This document shows, piece by piece, positions 10,343 to 20,207 of a DNA stretch of 52,915 bases. How positions within the stretch are numbered: the stretch's first letter is position 1; each line of letters starts with the position of its first letter. The notes beneath the pieces were generated by a model that did not search any database, was not told the origin of the DNA, and saw nothing but the letters and a program-made list of their open reading frames with translations. This DNA comes from Candidatus Collierbacteria bacterium GW2011_GWC2_44_18 (GTDB lineage Bacteria; Patescibacteriota; Microgenomatia; UBA1400; MFAQ01), in assembly GCA_001000865.1 (NCBI GenBank), contig LCIE01000005.1:1-52915 (forward strand), written 5' to 3'. The translations under genes were made by a program, and so were the position numbers.

Positions 10343-10393
10343 TCACCACTTGTCACCACTTTCCAGTATGATACACAATATATGACATGTCAA
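10343..10393 (-). promoter_or_regulatory. dcw promoter (TTGACA-17-CATACT) with two downstream AAGTGGTGA MraZ-type boxes
   Basis: AAGTGGTGA repeated with a 10-bp period at 10343-10361; -35 at 10388-10393, -10 at 10365-10370. Confidence 0.75.
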
Positions 10394-10469
10394 GGGTCTA
10401 TTTGGCCTCAAAACTACATGTGGAAAGAGAATGTGAAAATAAAAAAAGCAGAAATAGTATGATTATGTT

Positions 10470-11096
10470 GTGAATAACAAAGAAGGGTTTGTATTGATGG
10501 ATGTTTTGCTTGCAATGGCTATCTTGACTGTTTTGGCTACTGGTTATTTCTTAAATTCTCGTGGATATATAGCAAGAGCATACGATGTTCGTCGAAAAGA
10601 TGATTTGAATAATATCCAGATATACCTTGAGTCGTACTACGATTCCTTTGATACTTATCCAGAAGACTTGCCAGACTGCGATCAAAGCCTAACCTTCAAG
10701 CAAAAAAAAGTCTCGCCATCCATTCCCTGCGATCCTACCACGAAGCGACCGTACTATTACGAAACACAGGCCGATGGATATCAATCTTACAAAGTCTACG
10801 CACTACTAGAAAACACACAAGATGCGTCAATTGAAAAAGTTAGCTGTACCAAAGGGTGTGGCCCGTCATGTGCATATAACTACGGCGTTTCGAGTCCGAA
10901 CGTAATTCTGAATACCTGTGATGTCTACTATGTCTGCGCTCCCGGTGGTGGGAAGGAGGGTAGCTGTGAAGTGTATGCCGATCCAGTCAAGAGTAACTGC
11001 CCAGAATCATACAAGAACGACCCAACTTGCAGGAATGCATGTTCTGATCCTAAAAACCGTTGTAAAAACGCCTCGGGAAAATTTGTTCCTAAGTAA
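10470..11096 (+). CDS. Type IV pilin / T2SS pseudopilin-like protein with a Cys-rich C-terminus
   Basis: G|FVLMD prepilin-like site, hydrophobic helix, RAYDVRRKDDL...LESYY, CDP motif, 12 Cys. Confidence 0.85.
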   Translation: MNNKEGFVLMDVLLAMAILTVLATGYFLNSRGYIARAYDVRRKDDLNNIQIYLESYYDSFDTYPEDLPDCDQSLTFKQKKVSPSIPCDPTTKRPYYYETQADGYQSYKVYALLENTQDASIEKVSCTKGCGPSCAYNYGVSSPNVILNTCDVYYVCAPGGGKEGSCEVYADPVKSNCPESYKNDPTCRNACSDPKNRCKNASGKFVPK

Positions 11097-11139
11097 TATT
11101 TATGAGAAAGAATTGGGTATCCAAAACGTGTAATGAAAA

Positions 11140-11172
11140 CTATTTGTATAAAACGATAGGGCCGAGAAGGTA
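11140..11172 (-). repeat. Orphan copy of a gene 3' end (YLLGPIVLYK*); direct repeat of 12011-12043
   Basis: 30/33 identical; all three differences are synonymous (GTC CTA TAA vs GTT TTA TAG). Confidence 0.9.
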
Positions 11173-11201
11173 TTAGCTTAGCCGTAACTATGATCGTGGG
11201 C

Positions 11202-11230
11202 TTGAATAGTGGATTAGTTTGTGATAGTAT
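11202..11230 (+). promoter_or_regulatory. Sigma70 promoter of the Nfu_N gene
   Basis: TTGAAT-17-TAGTAT with an extended TG. Confidence 0.55.
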
Positions 11231-11313
11231 TCGCCCATAGTCTTTTGCCCCTTACGGGGCATGAGCGGCCTTTGAATAACTATCCCCAAATTCCGAAAGC
11301 TAAGGAGAAAGAA

Positions 11314-11964
11314 ATGACCTCACTTCATGTCGTCTCGATCAAGAAGACTCAGCCTCGTGCTACGTGGGTGGAATACACAACCAGAACCTTGCTACAGAAC
11401 AAGGCGATCGAAATGTTCAGCTTCCCGATGCAACGAATCGACATCGTCGACCTGGTCCAGAAGCATGGTATCGCGATCGCCATGATGGTGGTCGAGCTGA
11501 ATCAAACGAAGCATGTGAACAATGTCTTCGTAAATCCGTACAATGTCAGCATTTCGATGTTCGATGGCTTCGTGGTTGACAAGCACATTGACGCGATTAT
11601 CGAAAAGATGGTTTTGAACTCCGCCGTTATTGAAGCTCTAAAGACCCGAACGCCGGTGCAAGTCGAAGCTTTTCCAAACCAGAATATCCATGATTTCCAC
11701 ACTAAAGTGAATTTGGCCGGTAGTGAAAGTGGCCACTTTCACCGACCTCTACGCACCTCCAACATTGATCTGCTCAAACTGAACAGTAAGGGTCGGTCGA
11801 TTGTGGAGAGGATCATGAAGGTCCCCGGTGTTGTCGAGGTGTCCATCTACCAATACAGTCTGACGGTGGAAAAAGCCGACCTGTTCGACTGGTCGGAGAT
11901 CGAGCCGGCCGTCTTTGAGGCCATCGCCCGGCAATTTGGTGATCTGAAGATCACCCGCAAGTAA
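11314..11964 (+). CDS. Protein with NifU/Nfu N-terminal (scaffold)-like domain(s), apparently tandem
   Basis: C-half VPGVVEVSI..SLTVEKADLFDWSEIEPAV resembles Nfu_N. AAGGAG SD precedes ATG 11314. Confidence 0.7.
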   Translation: MTSLHVVSIKKTQPRATWVEYTTRTLLQNKAIEMFSFPMQRIDIVDLVQKHGIAIAMMVVELNQTKHVNNVFVNPYNVSISMFDGFVVDKHIDAIIEKMVLNSAVIEALKTRTPVQVEAFPNQNIHDFHTKVNLAGSESGHFHRPLRTSNIDLLKLNSKGRSIVERIMKVPGVVEVSIYQYSLTVEKADLFDWSEIEPAVFEAIARQFGDLKITRK

Positions 11965-11977
11965 ACATCTGTTCGTC

Positions 11978-12005
11978 ACGCCCCGCATTTTGCGGGGCGT
12001 TTTTA
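11978..12005 (+). terminator. Rho-independent terminator
   Basis: ACGCCCCGCA-TTT-TGCGGGGCGT followed by a T-run, 14 nt after the stop. Confidence 0.9.
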
Positions 12006-12010
12006 TGAGA

Positions 12011-12810
12011 TTATTTGTATAGGACGATAGGGCCGAGAAGGTAGAGGGTAAGAGATTCTTTGGAGCCCTGTACATCGTCACGAGTGATCTCGGCTTTCAT
12101 TGACCAAGGTTTTTGATTGAGAGGTAACTCTGACCATCATAGATAGCGGCAGAGACAACTCCTGCCTGGTTAAAGGTAAGTGTGCCGGAAATTACTTTGT
12201 CGTTGGTCGAAGAAAACACGACAGGGTAGAGCAAAATCTCTTTTTCTGATGGTTTGGGAAGTCCGAACGAGTTAAGCATTATCAAATTTTCTTTAGCCGT
12301 AAGTTTGGAAGGCTCAAAAATAACCTTGCCATCGGGCATGTTTTTCTGGCCGGTCAAAAAAACAAAATCACCCTTGAGAATATGGGTTACGTCTTGGCCT
12401 GGGAAAGTAAGTTTGAGTTTTTCTGTTCCAGATTTTAGATCTTTATCAAAAGTACACTTACCACCGGTCGAACAGCTACCCAAAATAATTGCTTTGATAA
12501 AAGTACTGGCGATGGGTGAGTCAATTGAGGCTCTAGCACCTTTGAGTAGATCCCCTGACTGATATTCCACATCTATCGAAGCGGACTGGGCTTTGTCGGC
12601 GCCAATAGTGACGAAAGTAAATAGACGATTGGTGGCATGAGGAACCAAAACGGTAAATGGACGTTCCGAGAGAGCTAGTTCGTTGACAAGCAGTTTGGTA
12701 ATAAGTGGCTGATTTTTATCGGTTGCCGGAGTGGTGGAATTTTTTTTGGCCCCACAGCCGGCTAGAAGCAAGGCAAATATAAAGACAGGAAGGATGTGTT
12801 GGATTTTCAT
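12011..12810 (-). pseudogene. Lipoprotein with a frameshifted C-terminus (ORF 12097-12810; native tail in the -1 frame at 12011-12121)
   Basis: LLAGC lipobox. The -1 frame tail LNQKPWSM...YLLGPIVLYK* has its last 11 codons conserved synonymously at 11140. Confidence 0.7.
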
Positions 12811-12825
12811 GTTGAATAATTATTA

Positions 12826-12852
12826 TAGATTCCGGTTCAAGCCTGGAATGAC
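12826..12852 (-). repeat. dRS3-like repeat GTCATTCCAGGCTTGAACCGGAATCTA
   Basis: GTCATTCC...GGAATCTA termini with an internal dyad. Confidence 0.8.
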
Positions 12853-12867
12853 AATGAATTGATTATA

Positions 12868-12905
12868 TAGATTGCCACGGTCGCCTTAGGCGACCTCGCA
12901 ATGAC
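12868..12905 (-). repeat. GTCATTGC...GCAATCTA repeat
   Basis: TAGATTGCCAC-GGTCGCCTTAGGCGACC-TCGCAATGAC, just downstream of recO. Confidence 0.85.
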
Positions 12906-12913
12906 GGTGCTCG

Positions 12914-13453
12914 TTATTTTATATCTTTACTGATAATTTTGCGATTCATAATGACTTCAAAATAGGTAGACAAATTATCTTTTTCGGGAAACTTTGGCGG
13001 AGGATAACCGAGATGGCGAAGAAGAAAAAGCCCAAAACGACGGCTAAGATCATTAACGTCTCTCTGACCTTCAGCCTTTTCCAGCCCGCTCAAAAATGAT
13101 TTCAGGGAAAGAAAGATTTCTCTATCCTCAACGTCAATTGGTAAAGTGTTGGTGAGTATCTCCGCGATAGTCATCGAAACACCGACTTTGGTGTAGTTGG
13201 ATTTAAGGCCTGGAAAGAAGGAAACCGCTTCGACTTGATGCAGGAATCTTGGGCTATCTCCCCTACCAACGCTGAATTTGATCAAGTTAAACAGGTCAAG
13301 ATGAGATGATTTTTTAGAAGTGGGGCGTCTAACTCCCCGGGCCATAAAAATACCCAGACCGTGATTTTCGGAGATAATACTGATAAATTTATCCGCTTCT
13401 CCCGAGTCAACGACTCGCACGATAACGCCTATATCGGAGTAGGAAGCGTTCAC
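12914..13453 (-). CDS. recO: DNA repair protein RecO (short CPR form)
   Basis: GVIVR..GEADK...ARGVRRPTSKK..HLDLFN RecO_N pattern; LLRHLGY. Confidence 0.9.
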   Translation of the reverse strand: MNASYSDIGVIVRVVDSGEADKFISIISENHGLGIFMARGVRRPTSKKSSHLDLFNLIKFSVGRGDSPRFLHQVEAVSFFPGLKSNYTKVGVSMTIAEILTNTLPIDVEDREIFLSLKSFLSGLEKAEGQRDVNDLSRRFGLFLLRHLGYPPPKFPEKDNLSTYFEVIMNRKIISKDIK

Positions 13454-15325
13454 TTAGTTTAGGGTCACTTCCTTATCTTGGTCCACATCAACAACTATCT
13501 GACTACCATTGAAAACAATGGTGTGCCTGATGGAGGGAGTGCCCGGTTGTTTTTGAATGTACATCCTATAGGTAGAGAGTTCCAGGGGAGGCAGTTCATA
13601 TTTGAAAACTATTTTGCTACTTGACTGTGGCCTCATGGTAAAGAAAGCTTCAAAAACTGTTTTATCCATGTCTTCAGAAACTTGCTCCTTGACCTCGGAT
13701 CCGACTACGGATAATAACTTTGAGCCTTTGGGAACTAGTAATCGAATGTAATCTCGATAAACACCATTTAAACAGAGCTGACCAGCTTCCAAATTGCAGT
13801 TACTGCCTTTCCGAGGATTGTTATAGTTGATAGATACTGTTTTGGTGACGGTATCTCCGGATTTTTCTATTTCCTGTTCAACCTCACGAGTGATATACAT
13901 ATCCGACTTGGCTCCGCCAAAATTGGCATCATTGATATGGAGATAATCATAAGAGTATGCCCGGATACGGCCGGCAGCGTTGAAATCCTCGGCCACTTTC
14001 TGAGTTTTGTCCTCCATGAAATAAAAGAGTAGGTGCTTTTGCTTGATAGCATCGAGAACTACATTTACCATCTTTGGCCAGGTGTGTTTGGGGCTGCCTA
14101 TGGCATTAGCCATCATAGAATGCATCAAGGGTCCGAGAACGGCTTTGCGACCCGCCCTTACTCCAGCAACCGGTCGATCAGCAATTTGTTCGAGAGCATA
14201 AACTACCTGTGGGCAATCACAAGCAGGATCATTTTCGGAGCTAAAGTTTCCCCAGCCTCCGACGCCAATAGGTCCAATTACCTTCAATATTTCCACCGGA
14301 AAACGAGTGTCGATGGCGATTATGCCATCCGGTTTCGGAAAACCGGGAATGTCACGATAATATTTATAGAAAAGATCCATAGAAACTTTGTAATCAGGCG
14401 ACATATTGGAATTTCGAAGATTTAGATAAGTCTCATTAAGATATTTTTTAACCGCCTCTGGCGCAGGAACTTTTTTGTTAAAACGGGCATCGAGATCGTA
14501 AATATCAAACGAGGAAAGGGGCTCTATCTTACCCTTGGTAACTCTCAAAAATGCGTATGCGGTCATAAAACCTCCAGTGGGGCGGAGCTCGGCATCGTTC
14601 TGAAAAAGTACCATGTAAGTTTTGGAGTTTGGATTTCCAAGCAAGTCAGGTAAAAGTTTTATCAATGGCTTTGCTTGGGACAATAATTGAGAAGATTCTG
14701 CGACGGTTGTTTTTACTTCAACAATTTTGCTTCGGATATTTTTTCCGGAAATGCTTTCCGGATAACGAGCGGGGTCTATCTGATCGAGTTCTTTTTGAGC
14801 AGCAGCCATGTCAGCCTCGACCTTTTCTAGGTCAGGACTGATTTTATCTAAGGTCTGAGCCATAAAAACTATCCTGTCTTCGATCGATTGAGCTTTGGGC
14901 TGGCCGGAGGGTGTAGCGATGTCTGTTTTGAAACCTAGCAGATCGGCATAAGGCTCTACCGAAGCAATTAATGTTTCAACTGATTTAATTAAATATTTCC
15001 CCGCATTTATACCGTGTTGACCATCTTTTTGGTAGGCACCTAAAAAGGGAATGAAGCTGGTCCAGCCAACTTTTTGATATTTGGTGTCTAGTTCTCCCAT
15101 TAACTTGCTCAAATTCTCAGCTTGAAGCTTGGCAGCGATCAAATCCTGACTTTGAAATGCGGTAGACAACTTTGTCCCCGCTTCTTGGAGGGCTTGTATG
15201 TTGGGAACAAAAGATTTGGAGGTGAAATAACCATAAATTCCAAACCCACCAAGTAATAAAATGATGGCAGCTAAGGGGATGAGAAAATATAGAATTTTTT
15301 TGTTGAACTTAAAATTGATTTTCAT
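13454..15325 (-). CDS. DUF4012-like membrane-anchored protein
   Basis: YMVLFQNDAELRPTGGF, NMSPD, DGIIAID, NFGGAKSD, YIQKQPG motifs. Confidence 0.85.
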   Translation of the reverse strand: MKINFKFNKKILYFLIPLAAIILLLGGFGIYGYFTSKSFVPNIQALQEAGTKLSTAFQSQDLIAAKLQAENLSKLMGELDTKYQKVGWTSFIPFLGAYQKDGQHGINAGKYLIKSVETLIASVEPYADLLGFKTDIATPSGQPKAQSIEDRIVFMAQTLDKISPDLEKVEADMAAAQKELDQIDPARYPESISGKNIRSKIVEVKTTVAESSQLLSQAKPLIKLLPDLLGNPNSKTYMVLFQNDAELRPTGGFMTAYAFLRVTKGKIEPLSSFDIYDLDARFNKKVPAPEAVKKYLNETYLNLRNSNMSPDYKVSMDLFYKYYRDIPGFPKPDGIIAIDTRFPVEILKVIGPIGVGGWGNFSSENDPACDCPQVVYALEQIADRPVAGVRAGRKAVLGPLMHSMMANAIGSPKHTWPKMVNVVLDAIKQKHLLFYFMEDKTQKVAEDFNAAGRIRAYSYDYLHINDANFGGAKSDMYITREVEQEIEKSGDTVTKTVSINYNNPRKGSNCNLEAGQLCLNGVYRDYIRLLVPKGSKLLSVVGSEVKEQVSEDMDKTVFEAFFTMRPQSSSKIVFKYELPPLELSTYRMYIQKQPGTPSIRHTIVFNGSQIVVDVDQDKEVTLN

Positions 15326-15337
15326 AGAAAATATTAT

Positions 15338-15988
15338 TTACCACTTACTAATCATAGCAAACGGTGTTTTGAGGATAATATAAATATCATACAAAACGGA
15401 TCGTCTCTTGGCATAATCTGCATCGATAGCTACCCTTTGATTCCAAGGAATTTCATTTCTTCCGGAAACCTGCCAGGGGCCGGTGATTCCGGGTTGGGAC
15501 GAAAGACTTTCTTTGATAACTCCAGCGATAGTTTTGCCATATCTCTTCTTAGCATCCAATAGTTCCGGTTCCACGTAGGCTCTGGGACCGACGATACTCA
15601 TCTCTCCCCTAAGCACATTAATCACCTGAGGCATTTCGTCGATGCTGGTTTGGCGAAGGATTTTGCCGAGCTTAGTAATTCGGGGGTCTTCGTCTAGTTC
15701 CAGCTTCCAGCCGTTTTTTTTGTATTTTTCGAATAGTTTGGGATAATGTTTCCAAAACTCTACCGCATGGACCTCTTTTCCCTCAACCTCAAACATTTTC
15801 ATAGATCTGAACTTATACATATTAAATATTTTTCCATCCTTACCAACGCGTTCGGGCTTGTAAAATACGGGACCTTTTGAATCCAGCTTAAGTAGTATAG
15901 GGATAATGATCCAAATGGGAAGGAAAAGAATACCCATAATCATAGCTCCGACAATATCCATGATTCGTTTTAAAATATCGTAAAACAT
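15338..15988 (-). CDS. Priming sugar-1-phosphate transferase (Bac_transf, WcaJ/WbaP C-domain type)
   Basis: KRIMDI, YKFRSM, DPRIT, SIDEMPQ, GEMSIVGPR, PGITGPWQV. Confidence 0.95.
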   Translation of the reverse strand: MFYDILKRIMDIVGAMIMGILFLPIWIIIPILLKLDSKGPVFYKPERVGKDGKIFNMYKFRSMKMFEVEGKEVHAVEFWKHYPKLFEKYKKNGWKLELDEDPRITKLGKILRQTSIDEMPQVINVLRGEMSIVGPRAYVEPELLDAKKRYGKTIAGVIKESLSSQPGITGPWQVSGRNEIPWNQRVAIDADYAKRRSVLYDIYIILKTPFAMISKW

Positions 15989-16034
15989 AATGAGGTAGGT
16001 ATATTTTAACCTAAATTGTTATAATAATCCTCTA

Positions 16035-17057
16035 ATGATACCTGTAATAATCTGTGGAGGAGTAGGTGCAAAAATGTGGCCACTGAGCACACCCATTCTC
16101 CCAAAACAATTTTTGCCCCTAATCTCCGATCGTTCGTTGTTTGAGCTTAATTGGGAAATGCTAAGAAACAGATATCAACCTGAAGAAATCTTTATCCAAA
16201 CCAACCAGGAACAGGCAAAGACAATCAGGAAACTAGTTCCGGAGGTAATTGAAGGTAATATATTTATCGAACCAGAGTCGAGGAATCAGGGACCGGCCAC
16301 TGGTTTGGCGGCCGCTTTGTTAAAAAAACTAGGTAGAGGTGACGAACCTTTTTTCTTGATACAGGTGGATGTGTTGAGAAGCCCAACCGAAAAGTTCTTC
16401 CTGAGTATGGACCTGGCTGAGAAGCTGGCGACCAGCTCAGATCAATATATCTCTGGGGGGTTTGTGCCCACGAGGATGTTGAAGGGAGTCGATTTCCTAT
16501 TAAAGGGTAAGCAAATGGGTGAATTGGGTGGAGCTAAAGTGTTTGAGGTGGATGAGTTCGTCTATCGAAACGATATGGAGAAAATCCGAGAGTATTTTAA
16601 ATCCGGCAGGCTTTTGGTTCATACGAACCACACTTCCATGACTCCAAATAATTTATTAAAAATGTTTCATAAATATCGCCCAGACTGGCATGGTCCTCTG
16701 ACAAAAATAGCATCCGGAGCAGACATAAGAACCGAGTTTCAAAAAATGCCCAAAGGCGCTTTGGAGGAGGTCACAAAAAAAGCGATTCCCGACAAAAAGT
16801 TCTTGGTGATCGAGCACACATTCGAGTGGACAGATTTTGGAACATGGGAGTCGCTAGATAAATACTACGCTGATAATGACATGTCACCAAGAAATGGTGG
16901 AACCGTGGAAGTAGAAAGCACCAACTCTTTCTGTTACAGTGAAAATAAAATGAAAATTGCGATTATGGGTTTAAATGATATCGTGGTAGTGGAAGGAAAT
17001 GGTGGAATCCTAGTTTGCAAAAAAGATAAATGTGGCAATGTGGGATTGATCGCCTAG
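16035..17057 (+). CDS. manC: Mannose-1-phosphate guanylyltransferase
   Basis: GGVGAKMWPLS..PKQFL, IEPESRNQGPA, WTDFGTWESL. Confidence 0.85.
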   Translation: MIPVIICGGVGAKMWPLSTPILPKQFLPLISDRSLFELNWEMLRNRYQPEEIFIQTNQEQAKTIRKLVPEVIEGNIFIEPESRNQGPATGLAAALLKKLGRGDEPFFLIQVDVLRSPTEKFFLSMDLAEKLATSSDQYISGGFVPTRMLKGVDFLLKGKQMGELGGAKVFEVDEFVYRNDMEKIREYFKSGRLLVHTNHTSMTPNNLLKMFHKYRPDWHGPLTKIASGADIRTEFQKMPKGALEEVTKKAIPDKKFLVIEHTFEWTDFGTWESLDKYYADNDMSPRNGGTVEVESTNSFCYSENKMKIAIMGLNDIVVVEGNGGILVCKKDKCGNVGLIA

Positions 17058-18151
17058 TGTGGGGGTAGGAAACGATAGTTGAGATGGTCGATCACCTCAC
17101 GAAATTGAGAGGAAAAACTATTAAAGTTAAATCTCCTTGCGTTTCTGAGACAATCTTCGGGAAGGATCTTCTGCTTGTTAAATTTACCGACTGTGGCGAC
17201 AAGTGATTCTGGACTTTGAACGTCAAAAAAATATCCCGTTTCACCGGCAATTACCGTTTCCAGGGCTCCCCCTTTGGCGTATGCAATGACGGGGGTTCCC
17301 GAAGCTTGTGCTTCGATGGGTACTAGGCCAAAATCTTCAACCTGAGGAAAAATCAGAGCCCGGGCGTGACGATAATATTGAATAAGACGTTCGTCATCTA
17401 CAGCCCCGACAAAAGATATATTGCTTCCAGCCATTTTTTTCAGCTTTGCCTCCTCACTTCCGGCACCAACAATAACCAATGGAAGTCTCAATTGGTTAAA
17501 GGCGCGAATGGCCAGATCGACTTTTTTATAAGGGATCAATCTGGAAACAATTAGATAATAATCCCTATTATCAGATGTTATTTGTGTCTTTGAGTAGAAT
17601 TTATCTTCGATTGGCGGGTAGACAACTTCAGAGTTTCTTTTGTAGTATTTTTTTACCCTATTTTGAACTTCATTTGATATAGAAATGTACTCATCTGGTC
17701 TTTGAGAAGTGACCAGATCGACTAATTTAAAATACTCTTTCATGGCTTTGGGGATGAATTTCAGCTTCTTGTCTTCTTTGTAGTCTGATTCGCCACTCCA
17801 AAAATATCGGGTTGGGGTAAGGCAATAACACACGTGGAGTTGGTTTGGTCTGGTAATCACGGATTTTGCGTCACTACTTGTAACGCTAATGACCACATCA
17901 AACTCCGATAGATCGTGAGTTTCGAAAGCTAAAGGGGCAACGGGAGCCAACCACTCATGTCTGGCTCTAAGTGATGGGATTTTATTCAGAAAGGTTGGTA
18001 TTATTCTAATACCCTCTGCCCACAAGGATGTCTTTGGTTCGTGGACCAGAGTGTAGACAGGGGCGGCTGGGTAAAGACGATGAAGTGATAACAAGAGTCT
18101 TTCGGCACCGCCGAACTTATTGATACGATCATAGACAAGTGCAACCTTCAT
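17054..18151 (-). CDS. GT4 glycosyltransferase (WbaZ-like)
   Basis: GGAER, YCLTPTRY, EDFGLVPIEA (EX7E). Confidence 0.93.
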   Translation of the reverse strand: MKVALVYDRINKFGGAERLLLSLHRLYPAAPVYTLVHEPKTSLWAEGIRIIPTFLNKIPSLRARHEWLAPVAPLAFETHDLSEFDVVISVTSSDAKSVITRPNQLHVCYCLTPTRYFWSGESDYKEDKKLKFIPKAMKEYFKLVDLVTSQRPDEYISISNEVQNRVKKYYKRNSEVVYPPIEDKFYSKTQITSDNRDYYLIVSRLIPYKKVDLAIRAFNQLRLPLVIVGAGSEEAKLKKMAGSNISFVGAVDDERLIQYYRHARALIFPQVEDFGLVPIEAQASGTPVIAYAKGGALETVIAGETGYFFDVQSPESLVATVGKFNKQKILPEDCLRNARRFNFNSFSSQFREVIDHLNYRFLPPH

Positions 18152-19284
18152 TTAAGAAATTTATTGTAAATCGCAACAGTTTCGCGACCCATCCTAGCCC
18201 AAGAGTATTTCTTTGCTTGAAGTGGCCCCACATTAGAGAGTTTTTCTCTAAGATCGATATCTGAGATCAAGGTCTCCATTTTTTCGACCAGGTCTTCGAC
18301 ACTATCAGGATCAAAAAATAGCGCTGCTTCTCCGTAAACTTCCGGCAAGCAGCTGGCGTTGCTGGAGATTACTGGAAGGCCGACATTCATTGCTTCCATA
18401 CCGGTCAATCCAAAACCTTCCATCTTACTGGGGTGAACTAGTGCCAGAGCCAGACTATATATCTTGGAAACGTCTTCGTCAGCTAAAAATCCCAGTTGTT
18501 TTACCCAATGGCCGACACCCTTGTCGAGAATTTTCTTTTGCATCCTCTCCCAAAATACCGGCCTGGCTCCAATGAGAGCCAATTGCAGATCTACTTCTTT
18601 AGTCTCATTGTGTTTGATTATGGCGTTGATCAAAAGCTCGACATTCTTGTGAGGATATGTGCTTCCGGTATAAACGACAAAAGGCTGAGATAAACCGTAT
18701 CGAAAAAGAATCTTGTTTTTTTCGGATTCGGTGAGCCTCACTTTTGTAATTCTACTGGAGACAGCTTCGTAAGTAATACTGATCTTTTCCGTCTTGACGT
18801 GAAGCTTTTGAGAAACATCTTGCCGAACAAATTCAGAAGGAACAATTATGTGGGTTGCCCGGCGGACAATGTTATGGGTTAGGAATATATACCCAAGCCT
18901 TTTGATAAAATATATCCAAGGTTGCCTGGTGGTGGTTTCTTTTCCTTTTGACTCGTGTTTTATCAAATCGTGGATAGTAAGAATGAATTTCCCCGGATAG
19001 AAAAGCGGGGCGTTGAAGTGAGGTATGTGGAGAAGATCTAGTTTCTCACGAGTAAAAATAAGGGGGAGCACTATTTGCTCAAGAAAACCGTAAATGGGAA
19101 TTTGGGTGACGATGACCTTAACTCTCTTCCTGTTTTGAAACTCCTTTGCATGACTGGAATCCAGAAACAAAACGTAATCATTTTTGGTGTCGGTTCTAAG
19201 AACTTCATTGACCATCTCGGTGACGTAACGACCTAGCCCTGCGTGTTCCAAACCATAGAGACGAGCATCAATGCCTATTCTCAT
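18148..19284 (-). CDS. GT4 glycosyltransferase (MtfB/WbpY-like)
   Basis: [27 protein letters not shown]. Confidence 0.93.
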   Translation of the reverse strand: MRIGIDARLYGLEHAGLGRYVTEMVNEVLRTDTKNDYVLFLDSSHAKEFQNRKRVKVIVTQIPIYGFLEQIVLPLIFTREKLDLLHIPHFNAPLFYPGKFILTIHDLIKHESKGKETTTRQPWIYFIKRLGYIFLTHNIVRRATHIIVPSEFVRQDVSQKLHVKTEKISITYEAVSSRITKVRLTESEKNKILFRYGLSQPFVVYTGSTYPHKNVELLINAIIKHNETKEVDLQLALIGARPVFWERMQKKILDKGVGHWVKQLGFLADEDVSKIYSLALALVHPSKMEGFGLTGMEAMNVGLPVISSNASCLPEVYGEAALFFDPDSVEDLVEKMETLISDIDLREKLSNVGPLQAKKYSWARMGRETVAIYNKFLK

Positions 19285-20207
19285 TTTGTCAGCTTGTGTT
19301 TTAATATCCTGATATTTCCGAGCAAAGTAATTCCGGCGATTACAACTGCGGTGACAAAGAGAGGATATTTGTTCTTATAAAACTTTCTATAAAATATTCT
19401 CCAAGCATCAGTAGAGGCTTTGGCCACCCTTAATCGGTTAATTTTGCTGGAAATGGCTATCTTGGAGGTTTCTTTCCTAAGACCTGAGGAGGCTCCCCTT
19501 AAATGAAGAGCGCTTACTTTGGGGTAGTAAATGATTTTATATCCTGCTTGGTTGATACGATAGCAAAGGTCGATATCTTCTCCATAAAAGAAGTATGTTT
19601 CGTCCCACATACCAATCTGACGGAATAGTTTGGAAGGCATCATCAGATACGAACCCGCGGCGACGGGAATTTGATGAATTCTATCGAGGCCACGGTTGCC
19701 CAAGTGATAACTATTGAAAAAAGTCGATTTGGGAAAAAGACCGGAGAGGCCGGAGAACTTGGTAAAAGCAGCCCAAGGCGTGGGGTATCCACGATGGTTG
19801 TCGTGGTCAATGGTACCGTCCTTGAGAAAAAGTTTGATGGTAACGGCACCTACTTTAGGATGATCTTTGAGAAACTTACAGGGCTTAACCAGACTATAGC
19901 GCTTAACGACGGTATCGGAGTTTAAGAAAAGAACATGTTTGGCATTACTACCATCAACCCCGATGTTGTTACTCTTGGCAAAGCCAAGATTCTCCGAATT
20001 GGCAATGGTAAGAAGGTTGAGGTGTTTTTTTTCCATTTGGCCTAGAAGCTCTAAGCTCCCGTCTTTAGAACCGTTATCGACTACTATAATCTGAAGACCA
20101 TCTTTAGGTTGATCGGCCTTAAAAACCGAGTTAAGACAGTCTTCCAATAATTGCTGGGTGTTGTAGTTGACAATAACTACCGCCAAATCGTATTTATATT
20201 TTTTCAT
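19281..20207 (-). CDS. GT2 glycosyltransferase (WbbL-like)
   Basis: [31 protein letters not shown]. Confidence 0.93.
   Translation of the reverse strand: MKKYKYDLAVVIVNYNTQQLLEDCLNSVFKADQPKDGLQIIVVDNGSKDGSLELLGQMEKKHLNLLTIANSENLGFAKSNNIGVDGSNAKHVLFLNSDTVVKRYSLVKPCKFLKDHPKVGAVTIKLFLKDGTIDHDNHRGYPTPWAAFTKFSGLSGLFPKSTFFNSYHLGNRGLDRIHQIPVAAGSYLMMPSKLFRQIGMWDETYFFYGEDIDLCYRINQAGYKIIYYPKVSALHLRGASSGLRKETSKIAISSKINRLRVAKASTDAWRIFYRKFYKNKYPLFVTAVVIAGITLLGNIRILKHKLTK

Noticed and set aside
11245-11282. Leader hairpin TGCCCCTTACGGGGCA plus CTTTGAATAAC as a riboswitch or boxA site
   Set aside because: The hairpin is real but matches no RNA family I can recognise, and the boxA similarity is weak.
12097-12125. 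Programmed -1 frameshift in the lipoprotein gene
   Set aside because: No canonical X-XXY-YYZ heptamer in the zero frame (C AAA AAC only) and no clear stimulatory structure; a deletion or sequencing error is simpler.
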